This document shows positions 54,677 through 63,349 of a stretch of DNA of 64,000 bases, one piece after another. A program made the translations under genes and the position numbers. Positions within the stretch are counted from its first letter, which is position 1; every line of letters starts with the position of its first letter. The notes under the pieces were generated by a model. It was given only the letters and a program-made list of their open reading frames with translations. It did not search any database and was not told the origin of the DNA. This DNA is from Trueperaceae bacterium. GTDB taxonomy: Bacteria > Deinococcota > Deinococci > Deinococcales > Trueperaceae. Location: assembly GCA_011390675.1 (NCBI GenBank), contig JAABRX010000001.1, forward strand, positions 5,368-69,367, given 5' to 3'.

Positions 54677-57466
54677 TCAGGACGCGAATCGCTCGGCGTG
54701 CCAGTGGATCAGGTCGGCCTCGGCCATCGGACGCCCGAACAGGTATCCCTGGGCCACCAGGCATCCACGCTCGATCAGGGCGTCGCGTTGCGCCTCGGTC
54801 TCGACCCCTTCGGCGATGGCGTGGAGGCCCAACCCCGAGGCCAACGCGAGCACGCCGTCGACGAGGGCCGCGTCGCGCCGGCCGGCCCCGAGGCGCTCCA
54901 CGAAGCTGCGGTCGATCTTGAGCACGTCCACGGGAAGGACGGCCAGGCGATGCAGCGACGAGTAGCCGGTGCCGAAGTCGTCGATCGCCACCCGCGCCCC
55001 CGCCGCCTGCAGGCACCGCAACGGGTCGAGCAGGTCGGCGTGTTCGCCGGCCATCACGCTCTCGGTGACCTCGAGGTCGAGGTCGCCCGGTCCGAGCCCG
55101 TAGCGCCCCGTGATGCGAGCGAGCCGCGCTTCGAGATCGCCGGCGCGCAGCTCCTGCGGGGCGACGTTGAGCGCGAGCCGGCCGCTCGTCCCCATGTCGG
55201 CCGCGCGCATGCGCGCGAAGCCGGCGCAGGCGAGGTCGAAGACGTGGTCGCTGAGCGCTTGCACCAAGCCGGACTCCTCGGCGAGGGGCACGAAGGTCGC
55301 CGGCGGCACGGCACCGAGCGTCGGATGGTTCCAACGCGCGAGTGCCTCGACGCCGACGCAACCACCGCCATCGAGCCGCACCTGCGGCTGGAACGCGACT
55401 CGGATCCCGGTGCCGTCGCGGAGCGCGGAGCGCAGGTCCTCGGTCAGCTGCGCCCGTTCGCGCATCCGTGCGTCGAGATCGGGCGTGAAGTACGCGACCG
55501 CGCCTCGCCCGGCGCGCTTGGCGCGGTACATCGCGAGGTCGGCGTTGGCGAGGAGCTCGCCGGCGTCGGTGCCGTCGGCCGGAGCTACCGACACGCCGAT
55601 CGACGCGCCGACGTACACGTCGCGGCCGGCGATCGCGATCGGTTGGTGCAGGGTGCTCAGGACCTTGCGCGCGACGTTGGCGGCGCTGCCGACGGTCTCG
55701 AGCCCGGCCGCCACGACCGCGAACTCGTCGCCGCCGAGCCGCGCGACCGTGTCTGCGCCGCGCAGCACGTCGTCGAGGCGGTGCGCGAGGGCGGCGAGGA
55801 GTTCGTCGCCCGCGGCGTGCCCGAAGGTGTCGTTCACGCTCTTGAAGCCGTCGAGGTCGACGACCATGAGCGCGGTCGCGTGGCCGGTGCGGGCGTCGCG
55901 CATGAGGGCGCGATCGAGGCGGTCGGCGAGCAGGACCCGGTTGGGCAGGCCGGTCAGCGGATCGTGGTGCGCCAGATGGGCGAGCTTGGCCCGCTCCTCG
56001 AGCAAACCGCGCTCGAGGTCGAGGCGCTGGACGAGGGCGCCGATCAAGTCGCCGAGCAGGCGCCCCGCCTCGAGCGAGTCGTCACCGAAGGCCCCCGCGT
56101 CCGAGAAGCTGTTCAACTGCAGGTAGGCGGCGGTTCGCCCCTCGACCACGACCGGGACCGAGAGGGTAGCGGCGATCGCGTCGGTCGGGCCGGAATCCTC
56201 GAACGCCCTGCGCACCGCAGGGTCGTCGAGCACGTGCGGGAGCAGGCGCGGGAGGCGCGTCACGTCCGCAGCGGCGGGCTCCGAGATCGCGTCGGTTGGG
56301 AAGCGCAGCGGTCCGAGCGCCTCGAGATCGAACCCGACGGCGGCGACGAACCGGTACCGCCCGTCGGGGTCGAGCTGCAACACGCTGCCGGCCTCGGCGC
56401 CCGGCACGTGGCGCACCGCCTGTTCGAGCACCTGTTGCAGGGGCTCGGCGTCGTGGTGGTGGACGAGCGCGGCGTGGGCGAGCGCCAGGAGCCCCTGGCG
56501 CAACCGGTTGCCACGCTCGAGCGAGCGCCGCGCCCGCACCTGCTCCGTGATGTCGACGCTGTGGTACACGGCGCCGGTTACATCGCCGGCGTCGTCGCGC
56601 ACGGGGCTGATCGTGACCTCGACCCAGTAGTCCGGGACCGTCGGCTCCCGGTGCTCGGGCCCCCACAGCTCGCGTACCACTTCGCCGGCCAGCGCGCGGC
56701 GCAGGTCGGCGTCGAAGTAGGCCGCCTCGATCCGCTGGCCGATCACGAGCTCCACGCCGTAGTTCTGGCGCGAGCGTTCGGCCGCCACCGGGTTGAAGGC
56801 CACGAGGCGGCGGCGGCGGTCGAACAGCACGATGGTGGCGCTCGCGTACTCGAGCATGACGTCGAAGCGTTGGCGCGTCGCCCGCTCGCTCGACGAGCGG
56901 GCCAGCGCGATGCCGATCAGGTGGCCGGTCAGCCGCAGCATCTGGCGCACCGAGGGGCTCCAGTCGCGCTCGCGCCGCACCGCGACGAACCCGACGAAGC
57001 CCGTCCAGCGTCCGCCGCTGCGCAGCGGGACCGCGAGCAGCGAGCGCACCCCGAGCTCCTCGAGCACCGGCGTCTCGGGGTGGTGTTCGGGGTCGAGGGC
57101 TGCGACGCTCGGGAGCACCACCGCCTCGCCGCGCTCGAACGCGGGCATCCAGCGGACGATCAGGTCGATCGGGACGGCCTGGAGCTTCTCCATCTGAGGC
57201 TCGACGCCCGGGGCGCACCACTCGTGGGTGTTCCGCACCGTCGTGCCGTCGGCCGAGCGCTGGAACGTGTAGGCACGGTCGGCGTCGGCGGCCGGTCCGA
57301 GCTCGCTCAACAGGTCGTCGATCGCCGCGTCGAGTTCGTCGGCTGGGTGCTCTTCGAGCCGCATCGCGAGGTGGGCGATCAGTTCGAGCGCCTTCTCGTC
57401 GCGAGGTTCGTGCGGTTCGTCTTCGGTCGTCACGTCCGGAGCGTACCGGAGGTGGGCGGGGTCCAT
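54677..57466 (-). CDS. GAF-PAS-GGDEF-EAL protein, tandem paralog A
   Basis: 929 aa. I-site RGAD five residues before GGDEF. EAL motifs GVEALARW, EVTES, DDFGTGYSSL, KIDRSF, EGVETE, QGYLF. Confidence 0.9.
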   Translation of the reverse strand: MDPAHLRYAPDVTTEDEPHEPRDEKALELIAHLAMRLEEHPADELDAAIDDLLSELGPAADADRAYTFQRSADGTTVRNTHEWCAPGVEPQMEKLQAVPIDLIVRWMPAFERGEAVVLPSVAALDPEHHPETPVLEELGVRSLLAVPLRSGGRWTGFVGFVAVRRERDWSPSVRQMLRLTGHLIGIALARSSSERATRQRFDVMLEYASATIVLFDRRRRLVAFNPVAAERSRQNYGVELVIGQRIEAAYFDADLRRALAGEVVRELWGPEHREPTVPDYWVEVTISPVRDDAGDVTGAVYHSVDITEQVRARRSLERGNRLRQGLLALAHAALVHHHDAEPLQQVLEQAVRHVPGAEAGSVLQLDPDGRYRFVAAVGFDLEALGPLRFPTDAISEPAAADVTRLPRLLPHVLDDPAVRRAFEDSGPTDAIAATLSVPVVVEGRTAAYLQLNSFSDAGAFGDDSLEAGRLLGDLIGALVQRLDLERGLLEERAKLAHLAHHDPLTGLPNRVLLADRLDRALMRDARTGHATALMVVDLDGFKSVNDTFGHAAGDELLAALAHRLDDVLRGADTVARLGGDEFAVVAAGLETVGSAANVARKVLSTLHQPIAIAGRDVYVGASIGVSVAPADGTDAGELLANADLAMYRAKRAGRGAVAYFTPDLDARMRERAQLTEDLRSALRDGTGIRVAFQPQVRLDGGGCVGVEALARWNHPTLGAVPPATFVPLAEESGLVQALSDHVFDLACAGFARMRAADMGTSGRLALNVAPQELRAGDLEARLARITGRYGLGPGDLDLEVTESVMAGEHADLLDPLRCLQAAGARVAIDDFGTGYSSLHRLAVLPVDVLKIDRSFVERLGAGRRDAALVDGVLALASGLGLHAIAEGVETEAQRDALIERGCLVAQGYLFGRPMAEADLIHWHAERFAS

Positions 57467-57514
57467 CGCGCTTCGCCGCTGCGGTGCGTCAGCGCGCCTG
57501 GCTTCGGGCCGGCA

Positions 57515-59041
57515 TCAGCGGCGCCCCTCGTACGAGAGCAACAGGCCGGCGAAGGCGGCAGAGAACAGCACGACGGCTGCGGCGAACGGCGCCGCCTCGG
57601 CGAGCATCCCTTCGTTCGTGCGCGAGAACACGCGGACCGCGAGCGTCGTGTATCCGGTGGGCGCGAGCAGGAAGGTCATCGGCAGCTCCTTCATCGCCAC
57701 CATCAGCACCATCGCGCCGGAGGCGGCGAGGCTGCGCCCGATCAAGCGAAAGGTGGTCTGCACGAAGGCGGCGGAGCGCGAGCGACCCAGCGAGCGGGCC
57801 GCTTCCTCGACGCGCGGGCTGATCTGCAGCAGCGAGCTGCGGATGGGGCCGATGGCGAGGGCGAGGAACGAGATCACGTAGGCGGCGACCACGAGCGGGA
57901 TCGTCTGGTAGAGGCCCGGCGCGGATCGGAGCGCGAACATGACGAGCGCGAGCGCCAGCGCGACCGGCGGGATCGCGTACCCGACGTAGGCGAGCCGCTC
58001 GACCGCGCGTCCGGCCGCGCTCCGAACGCGCGCGCCCATCACCGCGATCGGCAGCGCCAACGCGGTCGCCACCAGCGCGGCGGGCAGGGCGAGCGCCGCC
58101 GTGCGCCCGAAGGTCGCCGCGACCGCCTGCCACGTCTCGAAGCTGGGGGGCGCGAGCACCATCCAGGCGCCGAGCGCGAGGACCGGCAGTCCGAGGGCGG
58201 CGCCGAGCACGAGCGCCACCCACGTCCACGCCAGCGGCGCCCGCGCGCCCAGCCTCGACGTCGGGGCGCGTCGGGCGGCACCGCCCCCCACGCGGGCGTA
58301 GCGGCGCCGCCCGAGCAGCCGCGCCTCGAGCAGGACGATCGAGAGCGTCATCGCGAGCAGCATGAGCGCCAACCAGGCGGCGTAGGTCCGGTCGAAGGCC
58401 GACGTGTACTGGGTGTAGATGGCGTAGCTGAAGGTCTCGTAACGCATGAGCGCCACGACGCCGAAGTCGCCGAGCACGTAGAGCGCCACGACCAGCCAGC
58501 CCGCCAGCAGCGCCGGTCGCATCTGCGGCAGCACGACCGTGCGCAACGTGGCGGCGGGCGACTGCCCCAGGCTCCGCGCGCTCTCCTCGAGCGCCGGGTC
58601 GAGCCCCAACAGGGCGTTGCGGACGTTCAGGAACAGGTAGGGGAAGGTGTAGAGCGACAGGGCCAGCGCGGCGCCGAAGTACCCGGAGGGGCGCGGCACG
58701 CTCCAGCCCGCGAGCTGGGCGAGGAGCCCTTGGTGGCCGCCCAGGCCGAGAAGCGCGTACGCCATGACGTACCCAGGGATCGCGAGCGGGACGACCGAGA
58801 GCCAGGTGATCACGTTCCGACCGCGCAGGTCGGTGCGCACGACCAGCCAGGCGAGCGGGACCGCCAGCAGCGTCGTGAGCGCCAGGACGCCACCGACGAG
58901 CGCCAGGGTGTTGGCGAACAGCGCCCACGTGCGCGGCCGGAACACCAAGCGCGCGACCGTGGCCGGGTCGGCCTCGGTCGCGCGCAGGATCAGGTACGCG
59001 ATGGGGAGCAGGGTCGCCGCGCCCGCGATCAGCGCGGGCAC
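57515..59041 (-). CDS. Fe(III) ABC transporter permease (two-module, FbpB-like)
   Basis: 508-aa polytopic ORF with two EAA-type loops (EESARSLGQSPAATLRTVVLP, EEAARSLGRSRSAAFVQTTF). The true start may lie upstream. Confidence 0.8.
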   Translation of the reverse strand: MPALIAGAATLLPIAYLILRATEADPATVARLVFRPRTWALFANTLALVGGVLALTTLLAVPLAWLVVRTDLRGRNVITWLSVVPLAIPGYVMAYALLGLGGHQGLLAQLAGWSVPRPSGYFGAALALSLYTFPYLFLNVRNALLGLDPALEESARSLGQSPAATLRTVVLPQMRPALLAGWLVVALYVLGDFGVVALMRYETFSYAIYTQYTSAFDRTYAAWLALMLLAMTLSIVLLEARLLGRRRYARVGGGAARRAPTSRLGARAPLAWTWVALVLGAALGLPVLALGAWMVLAPPSFETWQAVAATFGRTAALALPAALVATALALPIAVMGARVRSAAGRAVERLAYVGYAIPPVALALALVMFALRSAPGLYQTIPLVVAAYVISFLALAIGPIRSSLLQISPRVEEAARSLGRSRSAAFVQTTFRLIGRSLAASGAMVLMVAMKELPMTFLLAPTGYTTLAVRVFSRTNEGMLAEAAPFAAAVVLFSAAFAGLLLSYEGRR

Positions 59042-59100
59042 GGCGACGTACCACGGGACGCGCCGGATGCCGCGGCGCGCGCGGGCCAGCGCGGCGGCGG

Positions 59101-60081
59101 TCAGAGGAGGCCGACCTCCCGCAGCAGGTCGAGGGTGCCGTCGAGGTCGTCGAGGGTGTCGAGGTCGACGTCGGGGCTGGCCTCGACCAGGCGTTCGAGG
59201 CTCTCGAGGTTGGCGTTGGGGGCGACGGCGGTGGTCACGGGGTACTCGAAGACCTCGTTGGTGAAGTAGCTTTGCGCATCGTCGGAGAGCAGGAACGCCA
59301 CGAAGCGCTCGGCTGCCTCCGGCTGGCTGCTCGTGTCGAGGACGCCTGCTCCGGCCACGTTCACCAGGTTACCCACGTCGCCGTCCGCGAAGAAGGCCTG
59401 GGCGACGGGGTAGCTCGGGTCGTTCGCGAGGAAGCGCAGCAGGTAGTAGTTGTTCACCAGCGCGACGTCGACCTCACCGGCCGCGATGGCCTCGACTTGG
59501 GTGGTGTTGTTCGAGTACGCGCGCACGCCGTTCGCCTGCATCCCGCGCAGCCAGTCGCGGGTAGCGTCCTCGCCGTGCACGACGCGCATGGCGGTGACGA
59601 AGGCCTGGAAGCTGCCGTTGGTCGGCGCCCACGAGACGCGGCCGCGCCACTCGGGGGCGGTGAGCTCGAACACGCTGGTCGGGAGCTCGGCGACGCGGTC
59701 CGGGCCGTACGCGAACACCCGCGCGCGGCCGCTGGTCGCGACCCACGTCTGGCTGGCGCCGGAGTAGATGCCCGGGAGCTCGGCGGTGAGCGCGTCGGGG
59801 ACGGCGCGCAGGCGGCCGGCCTGCGCGAGTGCGCCCAGGGCGCCCGCGTCCTGACCCCAGTAGACGTCGGCGGGGCTGACCGCCCCTTCCTCGAGGATCA
59901 GCACGGCCAGCTGAGCGGTGTCGCCGTAGCGCACGGCGACCTCGATGCCGGTCTCGGCGGTGAACTGGGCGACGAGGGGGGCGACGAGCGCCTCGCCGCG
60001 TCCGGAGTAGACGGTCAGCGTCTGCGCCGAGGCGGCGCCGAGGACGAGGGCGGCGAGGAGGGCGAGCAGGCGGTGGCGCAT
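59101..60081 (-). CDS. Fe(III) ABC transporter substrate-binding protein (FbpA/AfuA-like)
   Basis: AGGAG SD. Signal peptide ends GAASAQT. LTVYSGRGE start, with YWGQDAG and NNYYL motifs typical of iron SBPs. Confidence 0.8.
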   Translation of the reverse strand: MRHRLLALLAALVLGAASAQTLTVYSGRGEALVAPLVAQFTAETGIEVAVRYGDTAQLAVLILEEGAVSPADVYWGQDAGALGALAQAGRLRAVPDALTAELPGIYSGASQTWVATSGRARVFAYGPDRVAELPTSVFELTAPEWRGRVSWAPTNGSFQAFVTAMRVVHGEDATRDWLRGMQANGVRAYSNNTTQVEAIAAGEVDVALVNNYYLLRFLANDPSYPVAQAFFADGDVGNLVNVAGAGVLDTSSQPEAAERFVAFLLSDDAQSYFTNEVFEYPVTTAVAPNANLESLERLVEASPDVDLDTLDDLDGTLDLLREVGLL

Positions 60082-60198
60082 GGGGGACTCCTTGGGCGCG
60101 GGCGCGGGCGCGGTGCGCCCGGGGATTGGAGCGAGAATACCCGAGTGATCAGGTCGGGAATCTAGGGACGAAATTACCGCGGCGTGGAGGCGCCGTCA

Positions 60199-60223
60199 AT
60201 ACCCGAGTCGCGGACTCGGGTAT
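60199..60223. promoter_or_regulatory. 25-bp perfect palindrome ATACCCGAGTC-GCG-GACTCGGGTAT (candidate operator) in the fbpA/ICMT divergent region
   Basis: Read directly. The half-site AATACCCGAGT recurs at 60136-60146. Confidence 0.5.
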
Positions 60224-60267
60224 CGAGGTTGGTGCGGCGACCGCGCCGCTCGTGGCGGAGCGCGCGG

Positions 60268-60273
60268 TAGCCT
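60268..60273 (+). promoter_or_regulatory. -10-like TAGCCT, 7 nt upstream of the ICMT-like GTG
   Basis: TAGCCT-ggtccgc-GTG read directly. Confidence 0.35.
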
Positions 60274-60280
60274 GGTCCGC

Positions 60281-60736
60281 GTGGGCGATCCCAAGGGCGT
60301 GCGGTTCGTGGCGGTGCAGGCGGCGCTGTTCGTCGTGGTCGGCGCCGGTCCCGGCTGGTTCGGCGGGGTCGGGTCGGCCGGGGCGCTGCGGGCGCTCGCG
60401 CTCGCGGTGATGGCGCTCGGCGTCGTGCTCGCCCTGGCGGCCGGTTTCCGGCTCGGCCGCAACCTCACCCCGCTTCCGGTCCCCGTCGCGGACGGACGGC
60501 TCGTGACGTCCGGCGTGTACGCCTTCGCGCGCCACCCCATCTACGGCGGCCTGCTCGTGCTCGCGCTCGGGTGGAGCGCGCTCGCCGGTTCGGTGGGCAC
60601 GCTCGCCGCGACGCTGGCGCTGTGGGCGCTGTTCGAGGTCAAGTCGCGCTTCGAGGAGCGCGCCCTGCTCGCGCGCTACCCCGAGTACGCGCGGTACCGC
60701 GCCGGCACGCGCCGCTTCGTGCCGTTCGTCTACTGA
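60281..60736 (+). CDS. Isoprenylcysteine carboxyl methyltransferase (ICMT/PEMT)-family membrane protein
   Basis: 151 aa, polytopic. Motif SGVYAFARHPIYGG with downstream EERALLARYPEY. Confidence 0.75.
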   Translation: MGDPKGVRFVAVQAALFVVVGAGPGWFGGVGSAGALRALALAVMALGVVLALAAGFRLGRNLTPLPVPVADGRLVTSGVYAFARHPIYGGLLVLALGWSALAGSVGTLAATLALWALFEVKSRFEERALLARYPEYARYRAGTRRFVPFVY

Positions 60737-62007
60737 TGGCCGCGTCGCCGCGGGGGCACGCGGTGGTGGTGGGCGCCGGCGTCGTCGGGCTGGCGTCCGC
60801 CGATGCGCTCGCGCGCGACGGCTGGCGCGTGACGCTGCTCGACGCCGCGCTCGGCCCCGGGCGCGACGGCGCCAGCTTCGGCAACGCGGGCATGATCGTC
60901 CCGAGCCACGTGGTGCCGCTCGCGCAGCCGGGGGTGTTCGGCCGCTCGCTGCACTGGCTGCTCGACCCGGAGAGCCCCTTCTACGTGGCGCCGCGCGCCG
61001 ATCTCGAGTTGCTTCGCTGGGGCTGGCGCTTCTGGCGCTCGGCGACCCCGGCGCACGTCGCGCGCACGCTGCCGCGGCTGCACGCGCTGCACCAGGCGGG
61101 TGCCGCAGCCCACGTCGCTCTGGCCGGACGCCTCGCCCTGCCCGCGCCCGAGCGGCGCGGCTTGGTCATGCTCTGCGCCACCGAGGCCGGTTGGCGCGAG
61201 GCGCGCCACGAGGCGGAGGTCGCCGCCCGGGCGGGCGTGGCCGCCCAGGTGTTGGACGCGGCGGAGGTAGCGGCGTGCTACCCCGGCGTCGACGTCCGTG
61301 CGGTCGGCGGCGTGCATTACCCCGACGACGGCCACCGTTCGCCCGGCGCGCTGATGCGCGCGTGGCAGGAGCACCTGCCCGAAGGGGCCACCATCCGCTG
61401 GGGCGCGCGGGCGGTGGCCTGGCGCCGGCGCGGCGCGGAGGTGGCGGCGGTCGCGCTCGAGAACGGCGCCGAGGTCGCGGGCGACGCGTTCGTGCTGGCC
61501 GGGGGCCACGCCACGCCGGAGCTGGCGCGCGCGCTCGGCCTGCGCCTCCCCATCCAGAGCGGGCGTGGGTACTCGGTGACGCTCACCGACCCGCCGCAGC
61601 GGCCGACCGTGCCGGCGATCCTGGTCGAGGGCCGGGTCGCGATGACGCCGCTGCCCGAAGGGGTGCGCTTCGGCGGCACCATGGAGATCGCGCCGGCCGA
61701 CCGCCCGGTCGACCCGCGCCGGGTGCGCGGCATCGCCAAGGCGGCGGCGCGCACGTTCCCGGCCTTCGAGGCCGACGCGCTCGCGGCGCTGCCCGTCTGG
61801 AGCGGCGCACGCCCCGTGTCGCCCGACGGGCTGCCGTACGTCGGGCGCCTGCGGCGCGCGCCCAACGTCGCGGTCGCGGCCGGGCACGGGATGATGGGGT
61901 TCAGCCTCGGGCCCGTGACCGGCGAGCTGATCGCCGACCTGTTCGCCGACCGAACCCCGCGGGTGCCGCTCGAGGGGCTCGAGCCCGAACGGTTCGCCGG
62001 CGCCTGA
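60736..62007 (+). CDS. FAD-dependent oxidoreductase (DadA-like; candidate D-hydroxyproline/D-amino-acid dehydrogenase)
   Basis: Internal ATG of ORF 60571..62007 (TGATG overlap). Dinucleotide fold VVVGAGVVGLASA. C-terminal GHGMMGFSLGP. Confidence 0.75.
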   Translation: MAASPRGHAVVVGAGVVGLASADALARDGWRVTLLDAALGPGRDGASFGNAGMIVPSHVVPLAQPGVFGRSLHWLLDPESPFYVAPRADLELLRWGWRFWRSATPAHVARTLPRLHALHQAGAAAHVALAGRLALPAPERRGLVMLCATEAGWREARHEAEVAARAGVAAQVLDAAEVAACYPGVDVRAVGGVHYPDDGHRSPGALMRAWQEHLPEGATIRWGARAVAWRRRGAEVAAVALENGAEVAGDAFVLAGGHATPELARALGLRLPIQSGRGYSVTLTDPPQRPTVPAILVEGRVAMTPLPEGVRFGGTMEIAPADRPVDPRRVRGIAKAAARTFPAFEADALAALPVWSGARPVSPDGLPYVGRLRRAPNVAVAAGHGMMGFSLGPVTGELIADLFADRTPRVPLEGLEPERFAGA

Positions 62008-62038
62008 CCATCGCCCACGCGAACCCCGCGGGGGCGGC

Positions 62039-62044
62039 TAGATT
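62039..62044 (+). promoter_or_regulatory. -10-like TAGATT, 6 nt upstream of the aminopeptidase ATG
   Basis: TAGATT-gggcgc-ATG read directly. Confidence 0.4.
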
Positions 62045-62050
62045 GGGCGC

Positions 62051-63349
62051 ATGACCTCCACCGACCCCGTCGTGCGCCACGGACTCGCCCGCGTCGACCA
62101 CACCCTCGAGGTGCCGATCGACCGCTCCGAACCGCACGGCGGCGCCACGCGCGTGTTCGCCCGCGAGGTCTGGGCGGTCGGCGCGGATCGCGCGGCGCTC
62201 CCGGTGCTGCTCTTCCTCCAGGGCGGTCCGGGCGGGGCTGCCCCGCGACCGCGCGTCAAAGACGGTTGGCTCGGCGCGGCGCTCGAGCGCCACCGGGTGG
62301 TGCTCCTCGACCAGCGCGGCACCGGCCGCAGCGACCCCATCGACGTCGCCTCCCCCTGGACGGACGCCGCCGGCCGGCCGCTCGACGACGCCGCGCTCGC
62401 CGCGCGCCTCGCCCACTACCGCGCGGACGCGATCGTCGCCGACGCCGAGGACCTGCGCCGCGCGCTCGTGGGCGACGCCGGCCGCTGGACGCTGCTCGGT
62501 CAGTCGTACGGCGGTTTCCTGGCCTTCACCTATTTATCAAATCACCCCGACGCGCTCGAGGGGGTGCTCGTCGCTGGCGGTGTCCCGTCGCTCGACCGGC
62601 CCGCCCTCGACGTGTACCGGACCACCTACCGCGCGCTGCTCGGCAAGCTGCGCGCCTTCGAGCGCTGCTACCCCGGCGACCTCGCGCGCTGGCGCGCCCT
62701 GGCCGAGCACGTGGCGGAGCGCGACGACCGGTCCGCGGACGGGCGCCGAGCGACGCCGCTGCAGGTCGCCTACCTCGGCAACCTGCTCGGCTCGGGCTCC
62801 GGCCCCGACGTCCTCCACGAGCTGCTCGAGCGCGCGCTGGTGGGGGAGGGGGAGCGCGCCGCGCTCTCGACCCCGGGGCGCCGCGCGCTCGAGAACGCGC
62901 AGCCCTTCGGCGCCAGCCCGATCTACGCCGCGCTCCACGAGTCGATCTACGCCCAGGGGGCGCCGACCGCATGGGCTGCGGCGCGTGCGCACGCCGAGGT
63001 GGCGGCCGTATGGCCCGACGAGCTGCCGCGCGCCCACGCCGAGGTGGCGCTGCCCGAGCTCTTCGACGAGGTCGCCGAGTTGCGGCCGCTGCGGGGCGCC
63101 GCCGAGATCCTCGCGCGCCAGGCCGACTGGCCGGCGCTCTACGACCCGGCCGTGCTCGAGCGCAACCGAGTTCCGGTCGCTGCCGTCGCGTACGCCGAGG
63201 ACCTCTACGTGCCGCTCGCCTTCAGCCAGGAGACCGCCGCGCGGGTCCCCAACGTGCGCCTGTGGGTGACCAACGAGTTCGAACACGACGGGTTGCGGTC
63301 CCACGGGGAACGCGTGTTCCGCCGCTTGCAGGAGCTGCGGGTCGGATGA
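62051..63349 (+). CDS. Prolyl aminopeptidase-like alpha/beta hydrolase (S33)
   Basis: Motifs [19 protein letters not shown] and nucleophile GQSYGG. Confidence 0.75.
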   Translation: MTSTDPVVRHGLARVDHTLEVPIDRSEPHGGATRVFAREVWAVGADRAALPVLLFLQGGPGGAAPRPRVKDGWLGAALERHRVVLLDQRGTGRSDPIDVASPWTDAAGRPLDDAALAARLAHYRADAIVADAEDLRRALVGDAGRWTLLGQSYGGFLAFTYLSNHPDALEGVLVAGGVPSLDRPALDVYRTTYRALLGKLRAFERCYPGDLARWRALAEHVAERDDRSADGRRATPLQVAYLGNLLGSGSGPDVLHELLERALVGEGERAALSTPGRRALENAQPFGASPIYAALHESIYAQGAPTAWAAARAHAEVAAVWPDELPRAHAEVALPELFDEVAELRPLRGAAEILARQADWPALYDPAVLERNRVPVAAVAYAEDLYVPLAFSQETAARVPNVRLWVTNEFEHDGLRSHGERVFRRLQELRVG

